Source: an uncultured archaeon
Lineage (GTDB): Archaea; Asgardarchaeota; Lokiarchaeia; Sigyniarchaeales; SOKP01
Direction of reading: 5' to 3'
DNA length: 64,000 bases
Assembly: GCA_964508365.1 (NCBI GenBank)
Contig: CAZDTP010000007.1
Coordinates: 43,507 to 107,506, forward strand
Position 1 is the stretch's first letter. Each line of letters begins with the position of its first letter. A model generated the notes under the pieces. The model saw nothing but the letters and a program-made list of their open reading frames with translations. It did not search any database and was not told the DNA's origin. A program made the translations under genes and the position numbers. This document shows, in pieces, positions 30,983-40,605 of the stretch.

Positions 30983-31196
30983 GAAAAAACCTTATTACCA
31001 ATTATTTATTAATTGTGAAATAAAAGCAGTCTAAATATTAATTATACATCAAGTAATATAAAATTTATTTAAATTATCTATTGAAAGCAATACTTTACAA
31101 GTAATTATGTGAATTATCTCTCAAATACAACAAATAAATTATGCTTTCAATTTGCTACAAAAATAAGGTCGCATCATGATTATATAATTGTAGAAT

Positions 31197-32396
31197 TTAT
31201 AAATTGAACTCAGAACGACTCTTCAAATCGTCTAATACCTTACTATATTCAGAAATCCTTTCCTCAAAATGTTCAATTACCTTTCGTTCATCTGTATCTA
31301 GATAATCGAAAAATGGTGAAATTTTTTCAATCCTTTTGCTAAAATCATTCATAATTTTTGTATACCAGTCGTTTGGCTTAGCTAGCATTTCATTTAGCTT
31401 TTTTTTGTATCTCGCCTTCTTTTTCTTGAACTCAGCATCGTTCTTCTCAGCGATGAGTTCAGAAAGGTTTGCTTCATATTTTTTTAATTCTTTTTCAATC
31501 TTTTCTCTAAACTTCGGGATTCTGTAGATATTTTTGTCGATATCAGGATCCCATTCATATAAATAGTAATCCTCATTTTCAGCTTCTATTTCATCGTTGG
31601 TTATTTTAATATCTCTTTTTAAAACCATAATAAGACCGAAATTCCTTTGAAGTTGAGCAAGATATCTGTTTCGTAAAATTTCGTCTATATATTTAATTTC
31701 ATTCAGGACATCCTTAATGTTTTTATTGATTTCTTTTACTACTTTATCAACAGTTTTAACCATTTTCTCCATAGTATGTTCAAACTTTAATTCTATTGAG
31801 TTTGAATATGCAGCGAACATACCGCGATCAGGATTCTTCAACCTTATTCCCGCTATTCCTAGATAATATGATTTGGATTCTTTTTGGCAATGATCAAAAA
31901 CAAGAGCAATAGCAAATGGGTTAACACCTTGGTAAAAGAGTTGTGTTTCAATATCTCTAGGTGAAAAAATAAACCCAATTCCAGGATGAGTGTGCCACCA
32001 ACCTACAAAGAAATCTTCCTTATTATCTTGAATTGCTCTTTCATATATTGCGGTATTAAACTGAGCTGTATCAACATAATGCTTACTCTTATATTCAACA
32101 TACGCTCTATCGCCTACCATAACGGGGATTGCATCCTTAATGACCACTTCTTTATTTTCCTTAATCGTCCCAACCAATATACCATAAACTTCACGCCAGG
32201 TTTTTTGAGGAAGATCGTTGTTTCCGTATCTCATAGCATAACCAACAATGCGCCTATAAGCATTGTATGACAAAAATACTGGAGTGATTGCCGGATCAAT
32301 ACCGTACTTCTGAATGTAGAAATCTCTCTTCGATATCTCGATCATTTCATTAGTTTCGGATAAAAAATTATCTTCCTTCTCTTTTTGAAGTTTCAA
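31197..32396 (-). CDS. MPN/JAB1 (JAMM) metalloprotease, Rpn11/CSN5-like, with helical C-terminus
   Basis: REVYGILVG and GWWHTHPGIGFIFSPRDIETQLFYQ..NPFAIALVFD; the start may be the ATG at 32345. Confidence 0.88.
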   Translation of the reverse strand: MKLQKEKEDNFLSETNEMIEISKRDFYIQKYGIDPAITPVFLSYNAYRRIVGYAMRYGNNDLPQKTWREVYGILVGTIKENKEVVIKDAIPVMVGDRAYVEYKSKHYVDTAQFNTAIYERAIQDNKEDFFVGWWHTHPGIGFIFSPRDIETQLFYQGVNPFAIALVFDHCQKESKSYYLGIAGIRLKNPDRGMFAAYSNSIELKFEHTMEKMVKTVDKVVKEINKNIKDVLNEIKYIDEILRNRYLAQLQRNFGLIMVLKRDIKITNDEIEAENEDYYLYEWDPDIDKNIYRIPKFREKIEKELKKYEANLSELIAEKNDAEFKKKKARYKKKLNEMLAKPNDWYTKIMNDFSKRIEKISPFFDYLDTDERKVIEHFEERISEYSKVLDDLKSRSEFNL

Positions 32397-32590
32397 TGCT
32401 CAAAACCTAATTTATAGTTTTAAATCGACTAACTCTGCTTAGTGAGCCTGTAATGAATCCGTATAATTTTCAAATCTCTTAATAGTTATAATTATCTATT
32501 GGATAAATTTAAAACTTTTAAATTTATCAATCTTTTTAACAAATTAGAAAGTTAACACATTTAATTTATTACTTCGATTAAGTAACCTTC

Positions 32591-33133
32591 ATGAAAGTTA
32601 TAGGATTTTGTGGATTAGCAGGTTCGGGTAAATCAACAGTCTTGAAAGCTATAAAGGATTTAGGGATTATTATAACGATGGGGGATGTTATAAGAAACGA
32701 AGCAAAACATAGACATATCTCCCCTAGTGATGAGAATTTGGGGAAAATCGCCCTAGAATTACGAAAAAATTACGGACAAGAGATTATTGCTGAGAAATGC
32801 GTAAATTTAATTAAAAAGTTAGAAAGTGAAGTGTGTTTCATAGATGGGTTGAGATCTATGGCAGAAGTTAAAGTTTTTAGAAAATACTGGAAATTTCCAT
32901 TAATTGCAACTATAGTAGATGAAAATATTAGGTATGAAAGACTTTCTAACAGAAAAAGACCTGATGATCCAAATTCTTTAAGCGAGATACAGGAAAGGGA
33001 TCAACGAGAAATTAGATTCGGCTTAAATGAAGTTATAGAAAACGCGAATTATAAAATAAATAATAATATATTAGAAGCAGATGTTCAGCAAGAAACACGC
33101 GCTTTGATTTTTAAAATTATAGAAAATTATTAA
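32591..33133 (+). CDS. P-loop nucleotide kinase (UPF0200 / dephospho-CoA kinase-like)
   Basis: GFCGLAGSGKST, MGDVIR, IDGLRS..EV, RYERL..R.R.DD. Confidence 0.8.
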   Translation: MKVIGFCGLAGSGKSTVLKAIKDLGIIITMGDVIRNEAKHRHISPSDENLGKIALELRKNYGQEIIAEKCVNLIKKLESEVCFIDGLRSMAEVKVFRKYWKFPLIATIVDENIRYERLSNRKRPDDPNSLSEIQERDQREIRFGLNEVIENANYKINNNILEADVQQETRALIFKIIENY

Positions 33134-33137
33134 ACAT

Positions 33138-34040
33138 TTATTTCAAATAATCTACAATAGCTTTCGATAATGAGACTTTACTCACTTCATTATCAATAGA
33201 ATCTGTACCGATTATATCATCTGCTCCTGCTTTTAGTATTCTATATCTTGCATTTTGTAATAAAAGGGCGTGGGTTGCTACAGCAAATATTCTATTAGCC
33301 CCCTCCTCCTTTAAAATTTTTATAGCTTTAGCCATCGTTCCGCCCGTTGCAATAATATCATCTGAAATGATGACATCTCTATTTTTTAAGCTTAATTTTC
33401 CCGACATTGTTATTTCTCCCGATTTAACATCTCGTACTTTTTCAAAATAATCTACTGGTACCTTGTCTCCAAAATGTTTCGCAAATGCTCTAGATCTTTC
33501 TACAGCACCTTTGTCAGGAGCGACAACTACAATATTTTTAATATTTAAAGATTTAATATAATCCGCTAAAATTTTCATAGAATCTATATTCACACGTTTA
33601 CATTGGATTTCTTCTAATGTTTTTTGAGAGTGGATATCAACAACATAGAGCTCATCAATTCTCATAGAATCTAAAAGTCTTAGAACTAATTGAGCAAATT
33701 TACACTCTCCTGGTCTAAAAACACTATCTTGACGAGCATATGCTAGATAAGGAATAACAACAACAATTTTAGCGGCACCCATTCTTTTAACAGCTTCGAT
33801 CATCATTAAAAGCTCGAATAATCTTCCATTTTGGTTTTCGCTTGAGCTCGGTCCTGTTGATTGGACGATTATAACTTCATTTCCTTCTATTAAGGAATCA
33901 TCCTCAACGTTTATTCTAAGGTAGTTTTCTCCATCAGGAAAGATTTTTGTTTCAGTATTATAGTAATTGATGTCTAAATCCTTAGCAATTCTTACCCCAA
34001 GCATTTGGCTTGCTGGACCCACAATTAAGATCTTTTTCAA
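33138..34040 (-). CDS. prs: Ribose-phosphate pyrophosphokinase
   Basis: FPDGENYLRI, PYLAYARQD, VVAPDKGA, DDIIATGGTM. Confidence 0.96.
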   Translation of the reverse strand: MKKILIVGPASQMLGVRIAKDLDINYYNTETKIFPDGENYLRINVEDDSLIEGNEVIIVQSTGPSSSENQNGRLFELLMMIEAVKRMGAAKIVVVIPYLAYARQDSVFRPGECKFAQLVLRLLDSMRIDELYVVDIHSQKTLEEIQCKRVNIDSMKILADYIKSLNIKNIVVVAPDKGAVERSRAFAKHFGDKVPVDYFEKVRDVKSGEITMSGKLSLKNRDVIISDDIIATGGTMAKAIKILKEEGANRIFAVATHALLLQNARYRILKAGADDIIGTDSIDNEVSKVSLSKAIVDYLK

Positions 34041-34094
34041 ACAGCATCACTTTTTTATAGTTACTTTTTACATTTTAACATATTGTTCCATCTC

Positions 34095-34814
34095 TTATAT
34101 TTTTTTTATAAACTTAAGAGCAGCATTAAAAATATCTTCCCTATGCCCTTTAAAAGAATGACCTCCCGCTTCAAATTGAAGCACATTCTCCTCATTTAGA
34201 CCGAGTTGGTTTTGTATCTGCGAGAGATTAGAGAATGGGATTCTATTGTCATCTTTACAATGGGCTATCAGAATTCTTTTATTGTTTAATGGTTCGTCTT
34301 TTAAAAAATATTTAGGGCTGATTTTCTGAACAATATCCTCTTGAAACTTTATAGTGGTCGAATGATAATCGTATCTCGCACACAGAGCAATTAAAGTCTT
34401 TACTTTTTTGTTAAGGAAACCTTGTGTTAATATAATTGCACCCCCTATACTCCTTCCAAATAGAATTATTTTTTCTTCCAAGAGTCTATAAGACTGATGG
34501 GTTAACACCCAATCAATTACAATTTGGATGTCGGAAAATATTTTAACAACCATCCTATCCCATCTAGATCCCGTCTGTTTTTTAGTTTCTCCATGCGCTC
34601 GGTAATCGTAAGACAACACATAAAATCCAGCGTTAACGAATTTTTCTGTATAATACTTAACGAAATAACTCTCGCGATGATCCAATAATCCCGCTAGATT
34701 AATTATAAAAGGCGCTTTCTTAGGTGTATTAGGACTAGAATAAATTGTTCCTTTTAGAAATAAATCTTCATCTTTGATCGGAATATCTATATTTTCAATT
34801 TCTGTGCTATTCAT
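34095..34814 (-). CDS. Alpha/beta hydrolase
   Basis: YDYRAHGE, GRSIGG, HCKDD.RIP, GGHSF. Confidence 0.85.
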   Translation of the reverse strand: MNSTEIENIDIPIKDEDLFLKGTIYSSPNTPKKAPFIINLAGLLDHRESYFVKYYTEKFVNAGFYVLSYDYRAHGETKKQTGSRWDRMVVKIFSDIQIVIDWVLTHQSYRLLEEKIILFGRSIGGAIILTQGFLNKKVKTLIALCARYDYHSTTIKFQEDIVQKISPKYFLKDEPLNNKRILIAHCKDDNRIPFSNLSQIQNQLGLNEENVLQFEAGGHSFKGHREDIFNAALKFIKKI

Positions 34815-34825
34815 TTTATAAATAA

Positions 34826-35266
34826 TTAATTCCTTTTACTTTTGTATTTCACAATAAGATTCCTTAAAGTATTTACTGCTAGGTCTAAACTATGTTTGTG
34901 ATCGTCAGGTAATCCATTTAAAGCGAGGTTTATATCCTCGGTTGTTAAACTTTTAGCAAACTCTAAAGATTTCCCTTCAATTAATATAGTTGTTTGACTT
35001 CCAGTTGCTACAGTTGCTCCGCAGCCATCAGTAAAGAAATTAGCGTTTTTAATCATATCGTCTTGAATCGTTAAATAAAATTCCATCGTATCATTTTTTT
35101 CTCCCTTGCATGAATGAAATATTGTGAAATTAGCCGGTTTTCCCCAATTTTTAGGGGTATGAAACAACTTTACAATATGTTCGTTAAAATCGTGTATTTC
35201 TTTATTAATGATTTCCTCTTGTAGTTCCTCTACAAATTTGTCAAAATTTCCCTCACCTTGGGGCAT
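34826..35266 (-). CDS. IscU/NifU-N-like scaffold protein with degenerate Cys set
   Basis: F..PKNWG, DTMEFYL.I....I..A.FFTDGCGAT.A.GS, GLPDDHKH; ATG at 35266. Confidence 0.8.
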   Translation of the reverse strand: MPQGEGNFDKFVEELQEEIINKEIHDFNEHIVKLFHTPKNWGKPANFTIFHSCKGEKNDTMEFYLTIQDDMIKNANFFTDGCGATVATGSQTTILIEGKSLEFAKSLTTEDINLALNGLPDDHKHSLDLAVNTLRNLIVKYKSKRN

Positions 35267-35267
35267 C

Positions 35268-35561
35268 TTATTTAGAATCCTCCAGATGTCTAAGCACATG
35301 TTTTTCTAATCGAATTTTTCTATCAATTTCATCACTAAGCTTGCCATATTTATTTAATATGTTAATTATATCTTTATTCAAATTGTTATGTTCTTGTAGA
35401 CAAGTGCTCTTCTTTAAAAAATCTTCTCCATGCCTTAAAGCAGATAAATTTTCCGTAATTTTAATTAATTCAGTTGCGATCACGCTATTTATATAAATTA
35501 GATCTGAAAACATATCTTTCATGTATAATACTATTTTTATTTGGTCAGCAGACATATGCAA
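35268..35561 (-). CDS. Hypothetical helical protein
   Basis: 97 aa; stop lies 1 nt before the IscU-like ATG, so probably operonic. Confidence 0.65.
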   Translation of the reverse strand: MHMSADQIKIVLYMKDMFSDLIYINSVIATELIKITENLSALRHGEDFLKKSTCLQEHNNLNKDIINILNKYGKLSDEIDRKIRLEKHVLRHLEDSK

Positions 35562-35614
35562 TAAAAGATCTCTAGAAATTAATTCATTATTATTTAAGTT
35601 TTATAGGCGATTAA

Positions 35615-37318
35615 TTAAAAGAAAAATGCAAAATAAGCTGCCATATAGATTAAGCTCCCGAAAATTAGAGCCAAAATAATCCCCATTCTTATTAGAAAAG
35701 TGTTTTTCATCTCAGTTTTCATAATTTCCTTTGGAAAATTTTTCAGATTCTTTATGCATTGATTAATCCTGCTGGTTTCCTTTAACTTTTGAGTGATTTG
35801 AATTCTATAGGTTATAGATTGCGATTTAATTTCAATGAAATCTATCGGAAAGCATAAATAAAATATAATGAATGCGATTACCAATATCCACAACAAAGTA
35901 CTAATCAAATTATCTATTCTTAGTGCTAAAGTATCTGCTGCTATCCATCCTTCCAATTGTTGAAGCGTGAGGAATACTAAAAGCCCACATATTCCAAACA
36001 CATCAAAAAAATCTATTTTTCTATACCACTTTTTTACACTTAGTGATTCTACCTTTTTAGCAGCAACATAGTGGAACTTATGTAGGAATTCTCGTTTGAA
36101 CTTAAAATCTTTTGATTCTTCGTTAAATTTAAACACATCTCCATTCTTCTTACTAAAATCGTAAAACATAGCTTTTACCAACAACATTAAACCGTATATT
36201 AAAGCGAACCACCATACCTGAGGGCCAAATAATACCATTTGTGTGAGCATGATAAGAGCAATTGTTATTAAAAATAATCCAAAAATAAGCTTAAATAATT
36301 GAAAATTAGTCGAGTTAACACTTGAGATTACATTATCCTCGCCGTTCGTTTCTGCATGTCGTAGATTTGGATTACATTCTAAGAAGTTAGCAAAATTTTC
36401 TTTAAAATCAGATTGGTTCTTCAATTTTATCGGTGAAAACCACATTTCGTATAATTTTTCTTTCGTAGCAATTTCGAAGAAATTTTGTTGAAATATTACT
36501 AAAACGACTAAAGCTATGATGTCAATAATAGATAATATGATAAATGTCCATGATAATATGAAATCTGGCCCTGCTCTTTCTGCGGCAAGTAAGGGAATCG
36601 CTGTCATAAGTTGTAGGACAATAAAAGGTATCATTAGAATAATCCAAGCCAATTTTGGTCCGATGTGATTATTTTGGAATCGTATGAATTCGGTATCCTT
36701 TTTCGGAATTTCGGTTAACCATGCAAACCCAGGTCTAATTTCGGAAAAGAAAAGAAAGTTCTTCGATTTGGAAAAAATGCCTCGAAATGGACTCAGAATA
36801 AAATAAATTAATAAGCCTAGACCAGCCATTAGCATGGGGAAACCAGTAACATAAAACCAGGAGGGGCCACCAAGAAATATCGCACTCCCAAATTCTACCT
36901 CGTGACCAATGTCACCTCCAAATATAGTATACGAGATAAAGCCATTTAAAATTAAGAGTATCGAGGCTATGAGTCTCGAAATAGCAAACGAGTTGAATTT
37001 CACATAATCTTCAACCGGTTCTCTTAAATCTCGCATTTTTTTAAAAGTTAAAGAATTTTCCCGTATATAGCAGGGCGTTATATAATATTTCGAAGTAATT
37101 ATAGCTCCGAATATAATAATTAAGATGTTTACGATTAGTGAGAGGTTAGATCCATTAAGAGTTATTCCAAAATCATAGCCTAAGAGTGTAAAAAGACACC
37201 CTAAAAAAATAATTAGTATACCAATTGCTAAAAAAAAATAACGTAGATATCGTTTTTTGGGATGTATTAATTTTAAATTCTCAATTTCTTCGTCGGTTAA
37301 ATTTGTCATTGAAAGCAC
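35615..37318 (-). CDS. Polytopic membrane protein with internal duplication
   Basis: 567 aa; two similar TM plus beta-rich modules (FFEIATKEKLYEMWF vs FIEIKSQSITYRIQI). Confidence 0.7.
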   Translation of the reverse strand: MLSMTNLTDEEIENLKLIHPKKRYLRYFFLAIGILIIFLGCLFTLLGYDFGITLNGSNLSLIVNILIIIFGAIITSKYYITPCYIRENSLTFKKMRDLREPVEDYVKFNSFAISRLIASILLILNGFISYTIFGGDIGHEVEFGSAIFLGGPSWFYVTGFPMLMAGLGLLIYFILSPFRGIFSKSKNFLFFSEIRPGFAWLTEIPKKDTEFIRFQNNHIGPKLAWIILMIPFIVLQLMTAIPLLAAERAGPDFILSWTFIILSIIDIIALVVLVIFQQNFFEIATKEKLYEMWFSPIKLKNQSDFKENFANFLECNPNLRHAETNGEDNVISSVNSTNFQLFKLIFGLFLITIALIMLTQMVLFGPQVWWFALIYGLMLLVKAMFYDFSKKNGDVFKFNEESKDFKFKREFLHKFHYVAAKKVESLSVKKWYRKIDFFDVFGICGLLVFLTLQQLEGWIAADTLALRIDNLISTLLWILVIAFIIFYLCFPIDFIEIKSQSITYRIQITQKLKETSRINQCIKNLKNFPKEIMKTEMKNTFLIRMGIILALIFGSLIYMAAYFAFFF

Positions 37319-37426
37319 GCAATTATTTAATAATTAATAATACATTTTTTGTTTTTATCTTTAATAAAAGTTCAATTTTAAAATTAGACCAACATCTTTT
37401 TATACAACATAAAAATTAGTAGAAAA

Positions 37427-37903
37427 ATGGATTATAAATACTTTCATGATGGGTTGCTATCATTATCAGTTGTTCAATTTGTCTTTTCATTAACATTATT
37501 ACTTGGGTCTATAATTTTAAAGCCTTATATTGCCTTGGAGCCAGATGAAAGAGATTTTATAATTCTCTTAGCCTTGGTAAATCTTGTTTTTAGCTTTTAC
37601 TATTTAATAGAAGCTCTAAAGTTGGAAAGCATATTTAGTTTAGAAGAAAAACACATTTTCAAATTTGGAAAGAGAATTGGAGTAATATCATTATTATATA
37701 CACCTCATCTATTTGTATTTATATCATTATTGTTTATAGATTTGCATGATCTTCAACTGATGATGGTAATCTTAAATCTAATTATAGAAACACTTTTACT
37801 TGGAATTGTCTTTAAAGAAATTTACGATATTCTCTTTAAGGAGGAGACTGAAAGAAAATTTGAACTGGAACAAAATCGAAAATTATATTTTGAAAAAAAG
37901 TAA
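37427..37903 (+). CDS. Hypothetical membrane protein
   Basis: 158 aa, about 4 TM, charged tail. Confidence 0.65.
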   Translation: MDYKYFHDGLLSLSVVQFVFSLTLLLGSIILKPYIALEPDERDFIILLALVNLVFSFYYLIEALKLESIFSLEEKHIFKFGKRIGVISLLYTPHLFVFISLLFIDLHDLQLMMVILNLIIETLLLGIVFKEIYDILFKEETERKFELEQNRKLYFEKK

Positions 37904-37936
37904 ATTAAGATAATGCATTTTTGAAATCTTTATTTA

Positions 37937-39181
37937 TTACTTGGTTATATGAGCTAATTTCTCTATAGCAGTATCTATCATTTTAAGCTTAGTTGAGTAT
38001 TTTTCTAGTAATTCTGCGAATTTATCAATATCGATTTCTTTGTTCTCTTTTAGTAATTTCAATTCATTAATAGTTCTTACGATCCCCGCTTTCTTATCAA
38101 TTAATCTTTCTCGTTTGCTATATGGGATTTTTTGCTCCAATTTTTTCTTTTGAAACGATTTAAATCTCTTAATATTCAAATCCTTTGGCACGAACTTTGT
38201 TAAGTATACAGTGCTTTTTGGGACAAATGGGGCTAAATTTTCTGGAATAATAATAATTGGTTCCGGGTCTTGAATTCTTTTGATCTCCTCATAATCTAAT
38301 AGATCTAAGTTCTTATCTTTCAATATATCTTTAACAATGGATAGATTTTGCTCAATACTACTTCTTTCCTCATTAGATAATTCAGACAGGCTACTGATCA
38401 TTTCACTCCATATTTCTTCCGATTTTAAAAAGTAAAAGTATGCTTTCTGTTGGAGTTTCGTAACTTTATCTTTATTGATATTAGTGATAGAAGATTCTAA
38501 CGAAGCTTGAGCTTTTAATTGGCATGCTTTACCCATATCGAAATGAAATTGAGCTCTTAATTGTTGCTTTTTTTTCTCCTCATGTTTCTTTAAATAGAAT
38601 AACCTTTTTGACAGTGAACTTAACCCCGCGTAGAGTTTAGAGGCAAAGTATGTGTTATTAGAATTTTCTTCCTTTAAAGCTGCGATACTCTGCGCAAGTA
38701 TTCGCGCTTCTTCAGAGTTTAATTCTAGGTTCTCAGATGAAAGAGTTATCCCTAAATCGTGTTGATTAATAGATGCTGCACTAAAATACGCGCCCGTTTT
38801 AAAAATTTTGCTACATTCAACCATAGCTATTATAGCATCTTCCCATTCTTCATCAGCTTCAAAAATTTCTGAGATATGAGAGTAAGCTCGTGCCATAACC
38901 CATAAATTTCGGGCGCATTCAAACATTATGTCTTTTATCTGGATTTCCCTGTTGTTCTCTAGTGGTTCTAAGAAAGTTGGAGTAATGTCTAAATCTTTTA
39001 AGAGTTTAATTTGATCTTCATTTTGATAGTTAATATTTAAGGTTTTAGTGTATTCTAAGACAAGATTTAAATCGTCTAAATTAAAAGTTTCTTCTTCTTT
39101 ATCTAACGCTTCTTCAATTTTTTTAATTTTATAATGCAGATAGCGAATTCTTTGCATTACTTCTTCCGTAAAAAAAGTCAA
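37937..39181 (-). CDS. All-helical protein, possibly Bro1-like
   Basis: 414 aa; MFECARNLWVMARAYS and ILAQ...FASKLYA resemble Bro1 helices (by-eye match only). Confidence 0.5.
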   Translation of the reverse strand: MTFFTEEVMQRIRYLHYKIKKIEEALDKEEETFNLDDLNLVLEYTKTLNINYQNEDQIKLLKDLDITPTFLEPLENNREIQIKDIMFECARNLWVMARAYSHISEIFEADEEWEDAIIAMVECSKIFKTGAYFSAASINQHDLGITLSSENLELNSEEARILAQSIAALKEENSNNTYFASKLYAGLSSLSKRLFYLKKHEEKKKQQLRAQFHFDMGKACQLKAQASLESSITNINKDKVTKLQQKAYFYFLKSEEIWSEMISSLSELSNEERSSIEQNLSIVKDILKDKNLDLLDYEEIKRIQDPEPIIIIPENLAPFVPKSTVYLTKFVPKDLNIKRFKSFQKKKLEQKIPYSKRERLIDKKAGIVRTINELKLLKENKEIDIDKFAELLEKYSTKLKMIDTAIEKLAHITK

Positions 39182-39285
39182 AATTCACACTTACAGTTTT
39201 TTGTTTAAATTTCAGTTAAATGTATTAATTCAATCTCATTTTAAAACCATTTTAAAATTATGAAAATAAGTACTTCATATTAAAA

Positions 39286-40605
39286 ATGTTCCATCAAGAC
39301 ATCTTTATTTTTGAATTCGTCTCGGGAGGAGGACTTAGTCAAGCGGAAATTCCTTCTTCTTTAATCTGCGAAGGTTATGCCATGTTAAGGACAGTTATAG
39401 CGGATTTTAAGAATTTAGGTTTTCATATTACTACTCTGTTAGATTCCCGGATAGATTTTCTATCTCAATATATAAAAGCAGATGTAATAAACTTTGTTGA
39501 GCTAGAAGAAGATTATTTAAAAAAATATACCGATTGCGTAAAAGATTCTAACTATTGTTTTGTAATTGCACCCGAATTTTCAAGTATTCTCTATAATCTT
39601 ACTAAAATTGTTAAAAAGAATAAGAAGAAATTATTAAGTATAGATTTAAACGGGGTAAAGCTCGGAGCATCTAAGCTCGAAACATATCTGTTCTTTATTG
39701 CAAATGAACTAAGTACTCCAAAATCATACAGAATCCCATTAAAAGAAGGGGTTTTAGATTTAGATTTCATCTTTCAAAAATTTGATCAACTAAATAGTCC
39801 CATCGTAATTAAACCTGATGATGGAGTAGGATCAGAATTAATTTTTTATTTTGAGAAAAAGGATGATGTTTTACTTTTTTTTGAAAATTCTTATAAAATA
39901 TTAGATACAAATAGAAAATACATACTTCAAGAATATATTGAAGGCGATCCTATGAGTGTTTCAATTATCAATGATCAACCTCTTGAAAAAACTGTCGAAA
40001 ATAATCCTAAAATTCTTAGCATCAACTCTCAGAATTTACAAATAATGGACCCTACTAAGGATTCTCTATATCTCGGAGGTTTTACGCCCGTAGATCAGTT
40101 TGAACAGTTAAAAACTCAGATAGAAGATATATTAAAGTGTGTAGATTTATCAGCTTTTAAAGGCTATTTTGGAATAGATTTTGTGAAAAAGACTGACAAT
40201 TCTCTATCTTTTATCGAGATTAATCCAAGATTAACAACATCCTATGTAGGAATTCGGAATGTATTAGAATACAATCCTATGGAATTACTTCTTGATCAAA
40301 AAAAAAAGTTACTTAAGAATTACAATTTATCTCCACATAAGTATTCAGAATTTTCTCAAATAAAGTTGAAATATGAGGGTGAGTATACAATGGGAGAGAT
40401 TAATAATTTAGTAATGCCTAAATTGATAAATCTGATTCCAGAAATAATAACTCCACCAATTATTATAGAAGGAGTAAACAATAATCAGGAAGCTTGTTAT
40501 TCTTGTTTTATCGCTACAAAAACTAATGACATCCAATCGTCGAAGTATCGCATTTCTCAAATTACTCAGATTTTTAGCAAGTTTGATTTTAGAATAACTA
40601 AATAG
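39286..40605 (+). CDS. ATP-grasp ligase (MfnD / tyramine-L-glutamate ligase-like)
   Basis: FEFVSGGG...SL..EG.AML, VIKPDDGVGS, LQEYIEG..MSVS, GYFGIDF, IEINPRLTTSYVG. Confidence 0.78.
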   Translation: MFHQDIFIFEFVSGGGLSQAEIPSSLICEGYAMLRTVIADFKNLGFHITTLLDSRIDFLSQYIKADVINFVELEEDYLKKYTDCVKDSNYCFVIAPEFSSILYNLTKIVKKNKKKLLSIDLNGVKLGASKLETYLFFIANELSTPKSYRIPLKEGVLDLDFIFQKFDQLNSPIVIKPDDGVGSELIFYFEKKDDVLLFFENSYKILDTNRKYILQEYIEGDPMSVSIINDQPLEKTVENNPKILSINSQNLQIMDPTKDSLYLGGFTPVDQFEQLKTQIEDILKCVDLSAFKGYFGIDFVKKTDNSLSFIEINPRLTTSYVGIRNVLEYNPMELLLDQKKKLLKNYNLSPHKYSEFSQIKLKYEGEYTMGEINNLVMPKLINLIPEIITPPIIIEGVNNNQEACYSCFIATKTNDIQSSKYRISQITQIFSKFDFRITK

